Assembly (NCBI GenBank): GCA_965222895.1
Contig: CBDCVB010000002.1
Location: 1,159,678 to 1,223,677 of the forward strand
Source of the DNA: Dehalococcoidia bacterium
Lineage (GTDB): Bacteria > Chloroflexota > Dehalococcoidia > Lucifugimonadales > UBA3495
DNA length: 64,000 nt
Reading direction: 5' to 3'
Position numbers and translations under genes: made by a program. This document shows positions 55,846 to 64,000 of the stretch, one piece after another; the stretch's first letter is position 1; every line of letters starts with the position of its first letter. Below the pieces are notes generated by a model that was given only the letters and a program-made list of their open reading frames with translations, did not search any database and had not been told where the DNA came from.

Positions 55846-57255
55846 TTAGAATTCGGCGTTGCGGGGGGTGCGGGGGAAGGCTATGACGTCGCGGATGTTC
55901 TGCATACCGGTGGCGAACTGGACGGTGCGCTCGAAGCCGAGGCCGAAGCCGGCGTGGGGAGCGGTGCCATAGCGTCGCAGGTCGAGATACCACCAGTAGG
56001 GCGCCTCGTCGAGGCCGGACTCGGCCATGCGGGACCGGAGGATGTCGAGGCGTTCTTCGCGCTGGCTGCCGCCGATGATTTCGCCGATGCGGGGGACGAG
56101 CACGTCCATGGCGCGAACGGTGCGGCCGTCGTCGCTTAGCCGCATATAGAAGGCCTTGATGGAGCTGGGGTAGTCGGTGACGATGACGGGCCGGCCGACC
56201 TTCTTTTCGGTGAGGTAGCGTTCGTGTTCGGATTGCAGGTCGAGGCCCCATTCCACCGGATACTCGAAGCTCTCACCGGAGGATTTGAGGGCGTTTACGG
56301 CCTCGGTGTAGGTCATGCGCTCAAAGTCGGAGGCGACGATGCCCTCAAGGGTGGCGATGAGTTCCTTGTCGTAGAAGCGGTTGAAGAAGGCCATATCGTC
56401 GGGGCAGGACTCCAGGGCGTGGGCAAAGATGTTGCGGAGGAAATCCTCAGCCAGGTCTGCAAGGCCATCGAGGTCGCAGAAGGCCACCTCGGGTTCGACC
56501 ATCCAGAATTCGGCCAGGTGTCGGGAGGTGTTGGAGTTTTCGGCGCGGAAGGTGGGGCCGAAGGTGTAGACGTCGGTCATGGATTGGGCGAAGATTTCGG
56601 CTTCCAGCTGGCCGCTGACAGTGAGGAAGGCGGGGCGTCCGAAGAAGTCCTGGCTGTCGTCGACGGAGCCGTCGGCGGTGGGGGGGTTGTTGACGTCGAG
56701 GGTGGTGACGCGGAACATGGCGCCGGCGCCCTCGGCGTCGCTGGCGGTGATGATGGGGGTTTGGACGTAGAGGAAGCCGCGCTGCTGGAAGAACTGGTGG
56801 ATGCCAAAGGCCATTGCGTTGCGGACGCGGGCCATGGCGCCGAAGGTGTTGGTGCGGGGGCGCAGATGGGCCAGCTCGCGCAGGAATTCCAGGGTGTGGC
56901 GTTTCTTTTGCAGGGGGTATTCCTCGGGGTCGGCGCCGCCGAGCTGCTCGATGCCGTGGGCCAGGATTTCGTAGCGCTGGCCGCGGCCCTGGGATTCTTG
57001 CAGGACGCCGGACACGCTGACGCTGGAGCCGGTGTTGAGCTGGCCGACGATGGCATGATCGGGACAGGAGGGGTCGACGACGATTTGCAGGTCGGCGAAG
57101 GTGGAGCCGTCGTTAATCTGGACGAAGGAAACGGCACCGGACGAACGGACGGTTTTGACCCAGCCCTTGACGGTTACGGGGTCGCTGTCGGCGTCGGGCG
57201 GTTCGCTGCGGGAGAGTAGGGTTTGGATGCGGGTGCGCGACTGCGGAGCGGGCAT
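55846..57255 (-). CDS. asnS: Asparagine--tRNA ligase
   Basis: Class II aaRS motifs, GGSQREER, and C-terminus [34 protein letters not shown]. Confidence 0.9.
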   Translation of the reverse strand: MPAPQSRTRIQTLLSRSEPPDADSDPVTVKGWVKTVRSSGAVSFVQINDGSTFADLQIVVDPSCPDHAIVGQLNTGSSVSVSGVLQESQGRGQRYEILAHGIEQLGGADPEEYPLQKKRHTLEFLRELAHLRPRTNTFGAMARVRNAMAFGIHQFFQQRGFLYVQTPIITASDAEGAGAMFRVTTLDVNNPPTADGSVDDSQDFFGRPAFLTVSGQLEAEIFAQSMTDVYTFGPTFRAENSNTSRHLAEFWMVEPEVAFCDLDGLADLAEDFLRNIFAHALESCPDDMAFFNRFYDKELIATLEGIVASDFERMTYTEAVNALKSSGESFEYPVEWGLDLQSEHERYLTEKKVGRPVIVTDYPSSIKAFYMRLSDDGRTVRAMDVLVPRIGEIIGGSQREERLDILRSRMAESGLDEAPYWWYLDLRRYGTAPHAGFGLGFERTVQFATGMQNIRDVIAFPRTPRNAEF

Positions 57256-57306
57256 GGCGTACCTCCAGTCTGCGGGCGTGGGGTGTTGTCGGCGCCGATG
57301 GATGGG

Positions 57307-58266
57307 TCAGACGGCCAGGGTGACCAGGAGTTGAGGAACTGGAGTATCTCGTAAAAATGCCTCGATTTCTTGGAACAGCGCCCCGAAATCATCGGGGTTG
57401 TTTTGCTTTGGAGTCAGGTCAGCGGAAGGGAGAATATCCAGATGCGTACTGGCGAATTCATCCCATGCTTCAACGATGTATTCGGCGCGGGCCAAATCAT
57501 CTAAATCGGAGAATGAAAAACCTGTGGCTAAGCCTGGGGCACGGTCTCTTTCCAGCCGGTCAAAGAGTTGATTCACGACCTCGGCAAATTCACGCACGCA
57601 GGCCGTCATCTCGGCGAAGTCCGCAACTGCAATTTCCAGGCTGAAGTCATCACCTTCATGTTCGTAGGCAAAAGGGGCCGACAGCGTGGCTTCGGAGATC
57701 TGTTGGATGAGCCGGTTCAGCCGGATGTTGACAGATGCAATCCGCGGGGAGTAATCACTCGATGCAATTGCAGTTGGGAGGATGTATTCCGTAAAAGCAC
57801 CGATCTGTTGCAGCATAATCCGGAGGGCCCCCAAAAAACCGCGACCCAGATGGATGAATTCGGAAGCGGGAATAGATACGGTGGCCGTATCTGGGTGGTA
57901 TTGGTCGTATTGATATACGGGCGATTGGGCGGCGGGTTCGGCCAGGCGATACGAGGCCAGTCTGGCCGTCTGCTCCGGGGAGGGCCAGAGTTGACGAGGA
58001 ACCGGGATGTTGCCAGAGCGTTTTTCGGCTTGGGCGATGTCGTAAGCGGCCTGCATCCGGTACCAGGAGCCAGGGCTGCTGCCGAATACCTTGCCCACGC
58101 GGATGGCCATTTCCGGGGACAGGCCGGCGCGTCCAGTCACCAAGTCAGACAGTTCGCTGGCGGGGACGCCCAGAGATGCCGCGGCTTCCGGGATGGTGAG
58201 GCCGAGGGGTTCGATGCACTCGTGAAGGATAATGGGCCCCGGATGGGCCGGGTCTTGCATCGGCAT
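57307..58266 (-). CDS. higA: HigA-type HTH antitoxin with an about 220-aa C-terminal extension of unknown function
   Basis: N-terminal HPGPIILHECIEPLGLTIPEAAASLGVP...LSPEMAIRVGKVFGSSPGSWYRMQAAYD is a HigA/XRE HTH. The rest has no recognisable motif. Confidence 0.7.
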   Translation of the reverse strand: MPMQDPAHPGPIILHECIEPLGLTIPEAAASLGVPASELSDLVTGRAGLSPEMAIRVGKVFGSSPGSWYRMQAAYDIAQAEKRSGNIPVPRQLWPSPEQTARLASYRLAEPAAQSPVYQYDQYHPDTATVSIPASEFIHLGRGFLGALRIMLQQIGAFTEYILPTAIASSDYSPRIASVNIRLNRLIQQISEATLSAPFAYEHEGDDFSLEIAVADFAEMTACVREFAEVVNQLFDRLERDRAPGLATGFSFSDLDDLARAEYIVEAWDEFASTHLDILPSADLTPKQNNPDDFGALFQEIEAFLRDTPVPQLLVTLAV

Positions 58267-58293
58267 ATTCCTTGCTCCTGTCCTTTGTTCAGG

Positions 58294-58571
58294 CTAATGA
58301 TAGTCTATCAAATCGACATCGCAAACATTTGGGCCGGTGAATCGAAAGACGACGCGCCAGTTGCGGGACACGGTGACTGCCCAATAGCCGGCAAGGTTGC
58401 CCAGCAGGGATGCAAGTCGAACCCCGGTTTGTCTATATCCATGTGATCCTCGGCCTGCTCCAAACCAGTCAAGATGAAGTGAATCTTATCGGCGTACTGG
58501 GGCGGTACCCGCCGGCGCTCGCCCTTTTCATAGAAACGCCGGAGACCATTGTGCCGGAAATTGACGATCAC
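58294..58571 (-). pseudogene. higB: HigB-type (RelE/ParE superfamily) toxin with a 1-nt frameshift near 58407-58409
   Basis: MIVNFRHNGLRRFYEKGERRRVPPQYADKI...GFDLHP continues in another frame as LLGNLAGYWAVTVSRNWRVVFRF...DVDLIDYH* (stop at 58294-58296). Confidence 0.7.
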
Positions 58572-58590
58572 TAATAGCCGCCGTAGCCTG

Positions 58591-60093
58591 CTAGATTGGC
58601 GGGCGTTGTTGGTGCCAATCCGTGGTTTGCTGGTAGGCGTGGGCGGTGCGGAGGAGGGTTGGTTCGGAGAGGTGGGGGCCGATGAGTTGCAGGCCGACTG
58701 GCAGCGGGCTGTCCGAATCGGTGGGGTTGGCGAAGCCGCAGGGGATGGACATGGCGGGCAGGCCGGCGATGTTTACGGGCAGGGTGTTGATGTCGACGAG
58801 GTACATACGCACGGGGTCGTCGGTGCGGTCGCCGAGGGGGAAGGCTACTATGGGGGACACGGGGGCGACCAGGGCATCGACTTCGGAGAAAACGCGGTCG
58901 AAGTCCTGCCGGATCAGGGTTCTGACCTGCTGGGCCTTGTGGTAGTAGGCGTCGTAGTAGCCGGAGGAGAGGGCGAAGGCTCCCAGCATGATGCGGCGTT
59001 TGACTTCGGGGCCGAAGCCGTGCTGCCGGGTGCGCTCCATTGCTTGCCACATATCGCCGTCGCCGCGATGGGAGTAGCCGTACTTGACGCCATCGTAGCG
59101 GGCCAGGTTGGCGGAGCACTCGGAGGGGGCGATGATGTAGTAGCAGGCCAGGGCGTACTGGGTGCTGGGGAGGGACACTGGATGGATTTCCGCGCCCATT
59201 GCCGCGAGCTGATCGATGGCGGCGGTTACCGCGACTCGCACGCCTTCGTCCATGCCGGCGCCGAAGTATTCTTCCGGCACGCCGAGACGCAGACCGGATA
59301 CGTTTCCGGTGAGGGCGGCGGAGTAGTCGGGCACGGCGTCGGGCAGCGAGGTGGCATCGCGGGGGTCGTGGCCGGCGATGGCCTGCAGGATGAGGGCGCT
59401 GTCGGCGGCGCTGCGGGAGAGCGGGCCGATTTGGTCCAACGATGACGCGTAGGCGACGAGGCCGTAGCGGCTGACGCGCCCGTAGGTGGGTTTGAGTCCG
59501 GTGATGCCGCAGAAGGACGCGGGTTGGCGGATGCTGCCGCCGGTGTCGGTGCCGAGGGCGAAGGCGGCGGCGCCGGCCGCGACCGCCGCCGCCGAACCGC
59601 CGCTGCTGCCGCCGGGGACGCGGGTGGTGTCCCAGGGGTTTTGAGTGGGGAAGAAGGCCGAGTTTTCGGTGGAGGAACCCATGCCGAATTCATCCAGGTT
59701 GCCCTTGCCCAGCATCACGGCGCCCTGCTGGCGCAGGCGGGCGACGGCGGTGGCGTCGTAAACCGGGACGTAGTCGGCCAGCATTTGGGAGGCGCAGGTG
59801 GTGCGTATCCCCTTGGTGCAGAGCAGGTCTTTGATCTGCATGGGAATGCCGGTGAGGGGGTTGGCCAGTCTCTCGGAGTGAGAACGGGCGGCGATGAGTC
59901 GGTCGGCAGCGGCGGCCTGCTGGCGGGCGGTGTCGGCGGTTACGGTGATGTAGGCAGAGAGCCGGTGGTCGACGGCGGCAGTGCGGTCGAGGCAGGCTTC
60001 GGTGAGCTCGACGCTGCTGATTTCGCGCTGGGCGAGCCGTTGGGAGGCATCGACTACGGAGAGCTGCCAGAGCTCAGTGGCGGGATTTTGCAT
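58591..60093 (-). CDS. gatA: Asp-tRNA(Asn)/Glu-tRNA(Gln) amidotransferase subunit A
   Basis: Amidase signature GGSSGGSAAAVAAG and about 500 aa. Directly downstream of gatC. Confidence 0.9.
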   Translation of the reverse strand: MQNPATELWQLSVVDASQRLAQREISSVELTEACLDRTAAVDHRLSAYITVTADTARQQAAAADRLIAARSHSERLANPLTGIPMQIKDLLCTKGIRTTCASQMLADYVPVYDATAVARLRQQGAVMLGKGNLDEFGMGSSTENSAFFPTQNPWDTTRVPGGSSGGSAAAVAAGAAAFALGTDTGGSIRQPASFCGITGLKPTYGRVSRYGLVAYASSLDQIGPLSRSAADSALILQAIAGHDPRDATSLPDAVPDYSAALTGNVSGLRLGVPEEYFGAGMDEGVRVAVTAAIDQLAAMGAEIHPVSLPSTQYALACYYIIAPSECSANLARYDGVKYGYSHRGDGDMWQAMERTRQHGFGPEVKRRIMLGAFALSSGYYDAYYHKAQQVRTLIRQDFDRVFSEVDALVAPVSPIVAFPLGDRTDDPVRMYLVDINTLPVNIAGLPAMSIPCGFANPTDSDSPLPVGLQLIGPHLSEPTLLRTAHAYQQTTDWHQQRPPI

Positions 60094-60101
60094 CGGTGGG
60101 G

Positions 60102-60392
60102 TTACTCGTCCAGCACGGCGCGCACCTGGAAGAAGTCGCCGCGCCGGCGGGGAGCGTTGCGGAGGGTGTCCTCGGCGGGAAGGCAGTGGTCGATGTCGTC
60201 GTCGCGCATCACGTTGTCGAGGTTAGCGACGTGGGCGGTGGCCGGTACATCGGTGGTGTCGAGGGATTGCAGGGCGTCGAACTGTTCCAGTATCTGGGAC
60301 AGCTGAGCGGCGAAGGCGTCGATTTCAGCCTCAGAAAGGGAGATGCGTGCCAGGGCAGCGATGTGTTCTACCTGGGTGCGGTCGATGGGCAT
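60102..60392 (-). CDS. gatC: Asp-tRNA(Asn)/Glu-tRNA(Gln) amidotransferase subunit C
   Basis: 96 aa, VEHIAALARISLSEAEI...QLSQILEQFDALQ pattern. Confidence 0.85.
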   Translation of the reverse strand: MPIDRTQVEHIAALARISLSEAEIDAFAAQLSQILEQFDALQSLDTTDVPATAHVANLDNVMRDDDIDHCLPAEDTLRNAPRRRGDFFQVRAVLDE

Positions 60393-60395
60393 TAT

Positions 60396-61754
60396 TTACA
60401 AAGCCTCGTCAATGCCCTCCGTAAGATCGCCCACTTGTATCGAGGCCGCTTCGCCCATTGCTTCCTCGATAGTATCGGCGTCAATGGAAGTTACGCCCTT
60501 ATCCGCTGCGTGCAGCACAGCAAGAGCGGCGTTTGCCAGTAGATCGCGCGGATGTTGGCTCTTGCCAACCAGCGCGCTCATCCCAGCTTCGGTGAATGGA
60601 GCGATCGTCCCGTTCTCATCTTTATTGATGCGGAAATAGTCCAGATGCGCGATGATGATTTCGCGAGCCTGGTCCTGTGTGGGCAGAGGCAACTCCACAG
60701 ACGTAGGAGCATCGGGGTCTAGACGACTTACACCTGCTAGACCTGATTCCCGCCACGGCTGCGAAAGGGCGAAAGCCGACGATTGGTGAGTAGTTAGCAC
60801 ACAGGAAAAGAAATCGTGTTCCCCGTTGGCATATGCGGGCCTCACGGTGCACTGTGCCAACTCTTTGGCAAATTCGGTACGATGCCGCCTTGGCATTTGG
60901 TCCGTCAAATTTTCAATGTCATCGACGAACAGATAGCCGCCGGCAAATCCGGCGGAGCGCAAATAACGCACGATGTCGTCGAAGAAGAGTGTGCGAGACA
61001 TTTCTAAACCTTTAGTGTCGCGTTGCACGTAGTAAGGACGCAGGAGCCTGTCCCGTCTCAGATCGCGCAGGTAGTCTTCGAAAGTGCCCATAGCCAATGC
61101 CCTTGCTGGCCCTCTCTCAACACCATCGTTGATCAGTTGATGCTCGACGCTGTTGTCCAAATCAGCAGCTGAAATGCCATTGGCCTGCAGTAGTGCGTCG
61201 TTCAGCAAATTGCGCCAGTCGGCGACGCCGTTTGCGTTGACCACAGCGGCTACCTGGTCATCGGAGAGCATATTGCGACGCAATGCAAATCGCGACACCT
61301 TCAGCACATCATTTTGGCACGTGTCGACGAGTGCTGCCCAAGCAAGTTGCTCAATGTAACGCCGGTCAACTTGGTCTGGAAACGCCACGTAGACTACCAA
61401 GGCCGAGAAACGGCCTCCGAACTCCGTAACTCCCCAATCTGCATTAATGCGCTGCTGGAAAAACCGAAGCAGAGCGGTTTTTCCCATACCACGTCCGCTT
61501 TGCGTATCGCCCTTTGCCCAAAGGGTCGCCATCCTTGCGCGGTTGGCGAAGTCATTCGGACGAATCAAGAGTCGCTCGAATTTTTGAATTTCGGCCTGCA
61601 CTGGCGCTTCAGCATAGATTCTACCATTACGACGGTCATCCTTGTTGTAAGGGTCGACGACGGGCGTGGTTGGAAATGGCAAATCTTTAAACCCCAACAA
61701 CTCATAAAGTGAGGTAGTTGGAGCAGCAGGTCGTTGGAGAGGTAGGTTCATCAT
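60396..61754 (-). CDS. ORC/Cdc6-like P-loop (AAA+-type) ATPase, 452 aa
   Basis: Walker A SGRGMGKTALL and Walker B YLFVDDIENL, with a C-terminal helical region. The start ATG at 61752-61754 overlaps the upstream stop (ATGATGA) with GGAGG 9 nt upstream. The listed start at 61937 is rejected. Confidence 0.7.
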   Translation of the reverse strand: MMNLPLQRPAAPTTSLYELLGFKDLPFPTTPVVDPYNKDDRRNGRIYAEAPVQAEIQKFERLLIRPNDFANRARMATLWAKGDTQSGRGMGKTALLRFFQQRINADWGVTEFGGRFSALVVYVAFPDQVDRRYIEQLAWAALVDTCQNDVLKVSRFALRRNMLSDDQVAAVVNANGVADWRNLLNDALLQANGISAADLDNSVEHQLINDGVERGPARALAMGTFEDYLRDLRRDRLLRPYYVQRDTKGLEMSRTLFFDDIVRYLRSAGFAGGYLFVDDIENLTDQMPRRHRTEFAKELAQCTVRPAYANGEHDFFSCVLTTHQSSAFALSQPWRESGLAGVSRLDPDAPTSVELPLPTQDQAREIIIAHLDYFRINKDENGTIAPFTEAGMSALVGKSQHPRDLLANAALAVLHAADKGVTSIDADTIEEAMGEAASIQVGDLTEGIDEAL

Positions 61755-62842
61755 CAGAGCCTCCGGATCAGGTTGTGCAATTGGGTAGCCTGGCGAGTGC
61801 GAACCAGGGGGCGACGTTGGCTGGTTATCCGATCGTAATGCAAGCCTGCTGACAACACGGGCGGCTGCAGGTCGAGCAAGCGATTGAGGCCATCGTCGAA
61901 GGCGGCCTCTGGTATCATAAGATACTCGCATACCCAATCACGCAAATCGGGAATATCGTAGTAACCGCCTTCAGGAGACAGACTGGCGAAGGCTTGGTCA
62001 AGTGCCACTAGCAGACAGTCTTGGTGGTTGGGATTAGCCATAGCGGGTTCGCTCAAGTAGATTTTGTACATCGTTTGGTCTGCTAGAGGTATTTGCAAGG
62101 GCGTGTACCAGGAATTGGGAGGCGAATCCGCAACACAAGGGGAGTAGGTTTTTTCAAATTCGCAGATTTGCGCGATAGTCCTTGATTTGTTAAGTAATCG
62201 CAAACTGACCAGACGATCGCATATGCTCCTGAAGAGGGCTACTCCCATTTTTTGGTTTGGCATTACTTTTTGCTGAATCTTGCTGCGCAATGTGTCTTCT
62301 ATCTTGCTGGGACTTTGTCCGGTAAGGCTTTCTGATAGGCCATAAACCACCGACTCAGCGCACTGGCCGAAGGTGGGCTGCAACAACCTTTCCAGATAAT
62401 CGGGCTCAGCAAGGCCTGCTGATGACACGATAGGCTGCCATACAGTACCTTGCCGGAGGTGGGTTTGTACTACAGCGCGCAGGTTGTCGTAAGTTTGCAA
62501 ATGTACGGAAATCATCAACCGGCGTAAGTCTTGGTGTTTTTTGTCCGCGAGCAGGGTAAGCGCTTGCTTGCCGGTTTCGGTAAGATCGAAGCGGCTCTGT
62601 ACTGACTTTGCGAATTGAAAATGGACCAACTCTTGGCAGATTTTCTCTCCGACGGTTTGGAATGTTCCTTTAGGTTCAGGCAGCATCAGGCGCAAGGCCC
62701 TATCATTCACGAATTTCAGCACGCTGCGTGATATAGCTTCAGTCTGTTGGCCACGGTCTGAATTTGCCGGCATTGCGTTGAGCACTCGAAGACCAATGTA
62801 GTGATAACTTACGTCGGTAACGTTGTAGCTGTTGATGTTCAT
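61754..62842 (-). CDS. Hypothetical protein (362 aa), middle gene of the three-gene module
   Basis: Long ORF with GGAGG 9 nt upstream of its ATG and 2 nt after the upstream stop. No recognisable motif. Confidence 0.6.
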   Translation of the reverse strand: MNINSYNVTDVSYHYIGLRVLNAMPANSDRGQQTEAISRSVLKFVNDRALRLMLPEPKGTFQTVGEKICQELVHFQFAKSVQSRFDLTETGKQALTLLADKKHQDLRRLMISVHLQTYDNLRAVVQTHLRQGTVWQPIVSSAGLAEPDYLERLLQPTFGQCAESVVYGLSESLTGQSPSKIEDTLRSKIQQKVMPNQKMGVALFRSICDRLVSLRLLNKSRTIAQICEFEKTYSPCVADSPPNSWYTPLQIPLADQTMYKIYLSEPAMANPNHQDCLLVALDQAFASLSPEGGYYDIPDLRDWVCEYLMIPEAAFDDGLNRLLDLQPPVLSAGLHYDRITSQRRPLVRTRQATQLHNLIRRL

Positions 62843-62844
62843 TG

Positions 62845-63630
62845 TCAGGCACCTCCAGCGGATTTGGCGAGGCGGAATGCGTTGAGGAGGTCTGTGCAGT
62901 CGCCATTCGCCTGTCGCAGTTGCTGGGCCAACGCATCTGTTTGCAGAGGCCCAACAGCCTTGAACAGGAGGCTATCTTCAGAAAGGTAACCGCAACGATT
63001 GTCCAGCCAAGTTTCGTCCAGCGCAACGTAGAGGTTGTTGATCTGGGCGCACAAATCATCAAAGCGGTTTTGAATATCGGGCGCAATTGCCAAGCCTTCA
63101 TGTAGCTCATATTCCATACGCCTTGCGTTGTCAATCAGTACCGGGAGGGGCCGGACGTCAGACGCTACTGGATGAATGCCCAGCCCCAAGCAAGCAGCCA
63201 AAGCTCTAGGTTCGAACGAATTTCTGGACATAAAGGCGAGGCAAATGTCCTCCGACGCAAGCGTAGTATTCGCCAATAGATAATCTAGAACCTTGGCGAA
63301 GAAAATTACCACATCGTTTTTCCCCGGCATATCACCGAGGTTCTTTGCTTCCAAGATGGCGGTGGCAGTTGATGACCTAGCGACGATGTCAATTTCGTGA
63401 TTAACTCCCGATGCGGTATCAAGGCCGGCTCCAAGCCTCAACTCACGTTGCTCAGAGATGGTCCAACCCTGCAAGTTTTGAGTGCAACTTTCCCGAAAGC
63501 GCTGTTCAAACCCTTGGTCCAGCACTTGCTCTCGTAAGGCGTGAGGCCACTCCAAACTAACGAACCGGAAGCAGCGTTTGAGGAACTCTAACGTTGATGT
63601 TGCCGGTGCGATTTCAGGTCTAATGGGCAC
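62845..63630 (-). CDS. PD-(D/E)xK (restriction-endonuclease-fold) nuclease-like protein, GTG start
   Basis: GVNHEIDIVARSSTATAILEAKNLGD matches the D...E-x-K core of Mrr/restriction-endonuclease-like folds. The C-terminal about 120 aa is helical and of unknown function. Confidence 0.6.
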   Translation of the reverse strand: MPIRPEIAPATSTLEFLKRCFRFVSLEWPHALREQVLDQGFEQRFRESCTQNLQGWTISEQRELRLGAGLDTASGVNHEIDIVARSSTATAILEAKNLGDMPGKNDVVIFFAKVLDYLLANTTLASEDICLAFMSRNSFEPRALAACLGLGIHPVASDVRPLPVLIDNARRMEYELHEGLAIAPDIQNRFDDLCAQINNLYVALDETWLDNRCGYLSEDSLLFKAVGPLQTDALAQQLRQANGDCTDLLNAFRLAKSAGGA

Positions 63631-63688
63631 AGTGAATTACTTGGCCGGCGGGGTGCGTATGCCATGTGACATTGGGGTTCCTGTCAGG

Positions 63689-63697
63689 ATTATAACA
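63689..63697 (-). promoter_or_regulatory. Putative extended -10 promoter (TGT-TATAAT) for the three-gene module
   Basis: Minus strand reads tgttataat about 59 nt upstream of the GTG at 63630, in the 81-nt gap after the SDR remnant. Confidence 0.35.
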
Positions 63698-63711
63698 TTG
63701 CAACGCGCAGG

Positions 63712-64000
63712 TCAGCTCATTTCGGAGCCGCCGGAGACGCTGATGGAGAGGCTGGTTATGTAGTCGGATTCGGCGGAGGAAAGGAAGGCGGCGGCGCGGG
63801 CGATGTCGTCTCCCTGGGCGTCTCGACGCGAGCGGCCCAGGGATGGGCGTAGCGTGAGCGGTTCGAGTTTCCTTTTTTGTAGCCAACGATTGTCGGCGCG
63901 ACAACGACGGGATGTTGCCCCGCACTTATCCTGCGCAGTAGCAGCCAAATGCGATAGTCGTGTATCATTGCCGCGTCAGTGCCACTGGCGCAACAACCCA
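63712..64000 (-). pseudogene. Short-chain dehydrogenase/reductase, 3' part, apparently frameshifted. The 5' end lies outside the window.
   Basis: The C-terminus DIARAAAFLSSAESDYITSLSISVSGG is SDR-like. The upstream SDR-like segment (VVVAPTIVGYKK) lies in a different frame. Confidence 0.4.

Noticed and set aside
56224-57219. 331-aa + strand ORF inside asnS, and similar Gly/Ala/Val-rich ORFs opposite gatA (58549-59445) and the DUF350 gene (24677-25555)
   Set aside because: They are antisense shadows of strongly supported genes with low-complexity composition.
61755-61937. Upstream extension of the ATPase ORF (listed start 61937)
   Set aside because: It overlaps the end of the 362-aa gene by 184 nt and is Arg/Pro-rich. 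The ATG at 61752-61754 has a GGAGG site and an ATGA-type stop/start overlap.

Overview
High-GC bacterial chromosomal segment. The protein families and repeat types resemble Chloroflexota-like genomes, but that is inference only. The housekeeping backbone comprises cobalamin salvage (cobQ-cobU-pduX-like), DNA repair (OGG-type glycosylase, DinG-exonuclease fusion), a K+ channel, carboxynorspermidine decarboxylase, a PspA/PspAA envelope-stress cluster, an Fe(3+) ABC transporter with a DtxR-type repressor, a ComDE-like TPP decarboxylase, asnS and gatCA. This backbone is heavily colonised by mobile DNA. There are three identical IS701-like copies, three near-identical IS5 (frameshift-type) copies and two IS66-family copies. 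There are also two tandem IS630 copies, an IS4/IS701-superfamily element, a second IS5 type, an IS1380 transposase, fragments of IS21 and IS1182, and two MITEs. A tmRNA gene sits at 39973-40329 (-), and a large serine recombinase ORF reads into its 3' end. Three loci look like accessory or possibly undescribed systems. (1) A more A/T-rich three-gene operon at 60396-63630 encodes a PD-(D/E)xK nuclease, an unknown protein and an ORC/Cdc6-like P-loop ATPase. (2) A four-gene operon at 25568-31959 is built around a divergent SecA-like ATPase and a transglutaminase-fold protein, next to the Psp cluster. (3) A multi-copy ThsB/DUF1863 TIR-like cluster at 13967-17813 has a small multi-TM protein instead of a ThsA effector and is partly decayed. 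The window also contains a dispersed and tandemly amplified repeat family, and a conserved GGACAGGAT direct-repeat motif at four intergenic sites. Several genes carry single-base frameshifts at short mononucleotide runs (the TM gene, TIR-like 2 and higB). These could be real decay, phase variation or assembly error. All functional calls rest on motif recognition by eye; no database searches were run.
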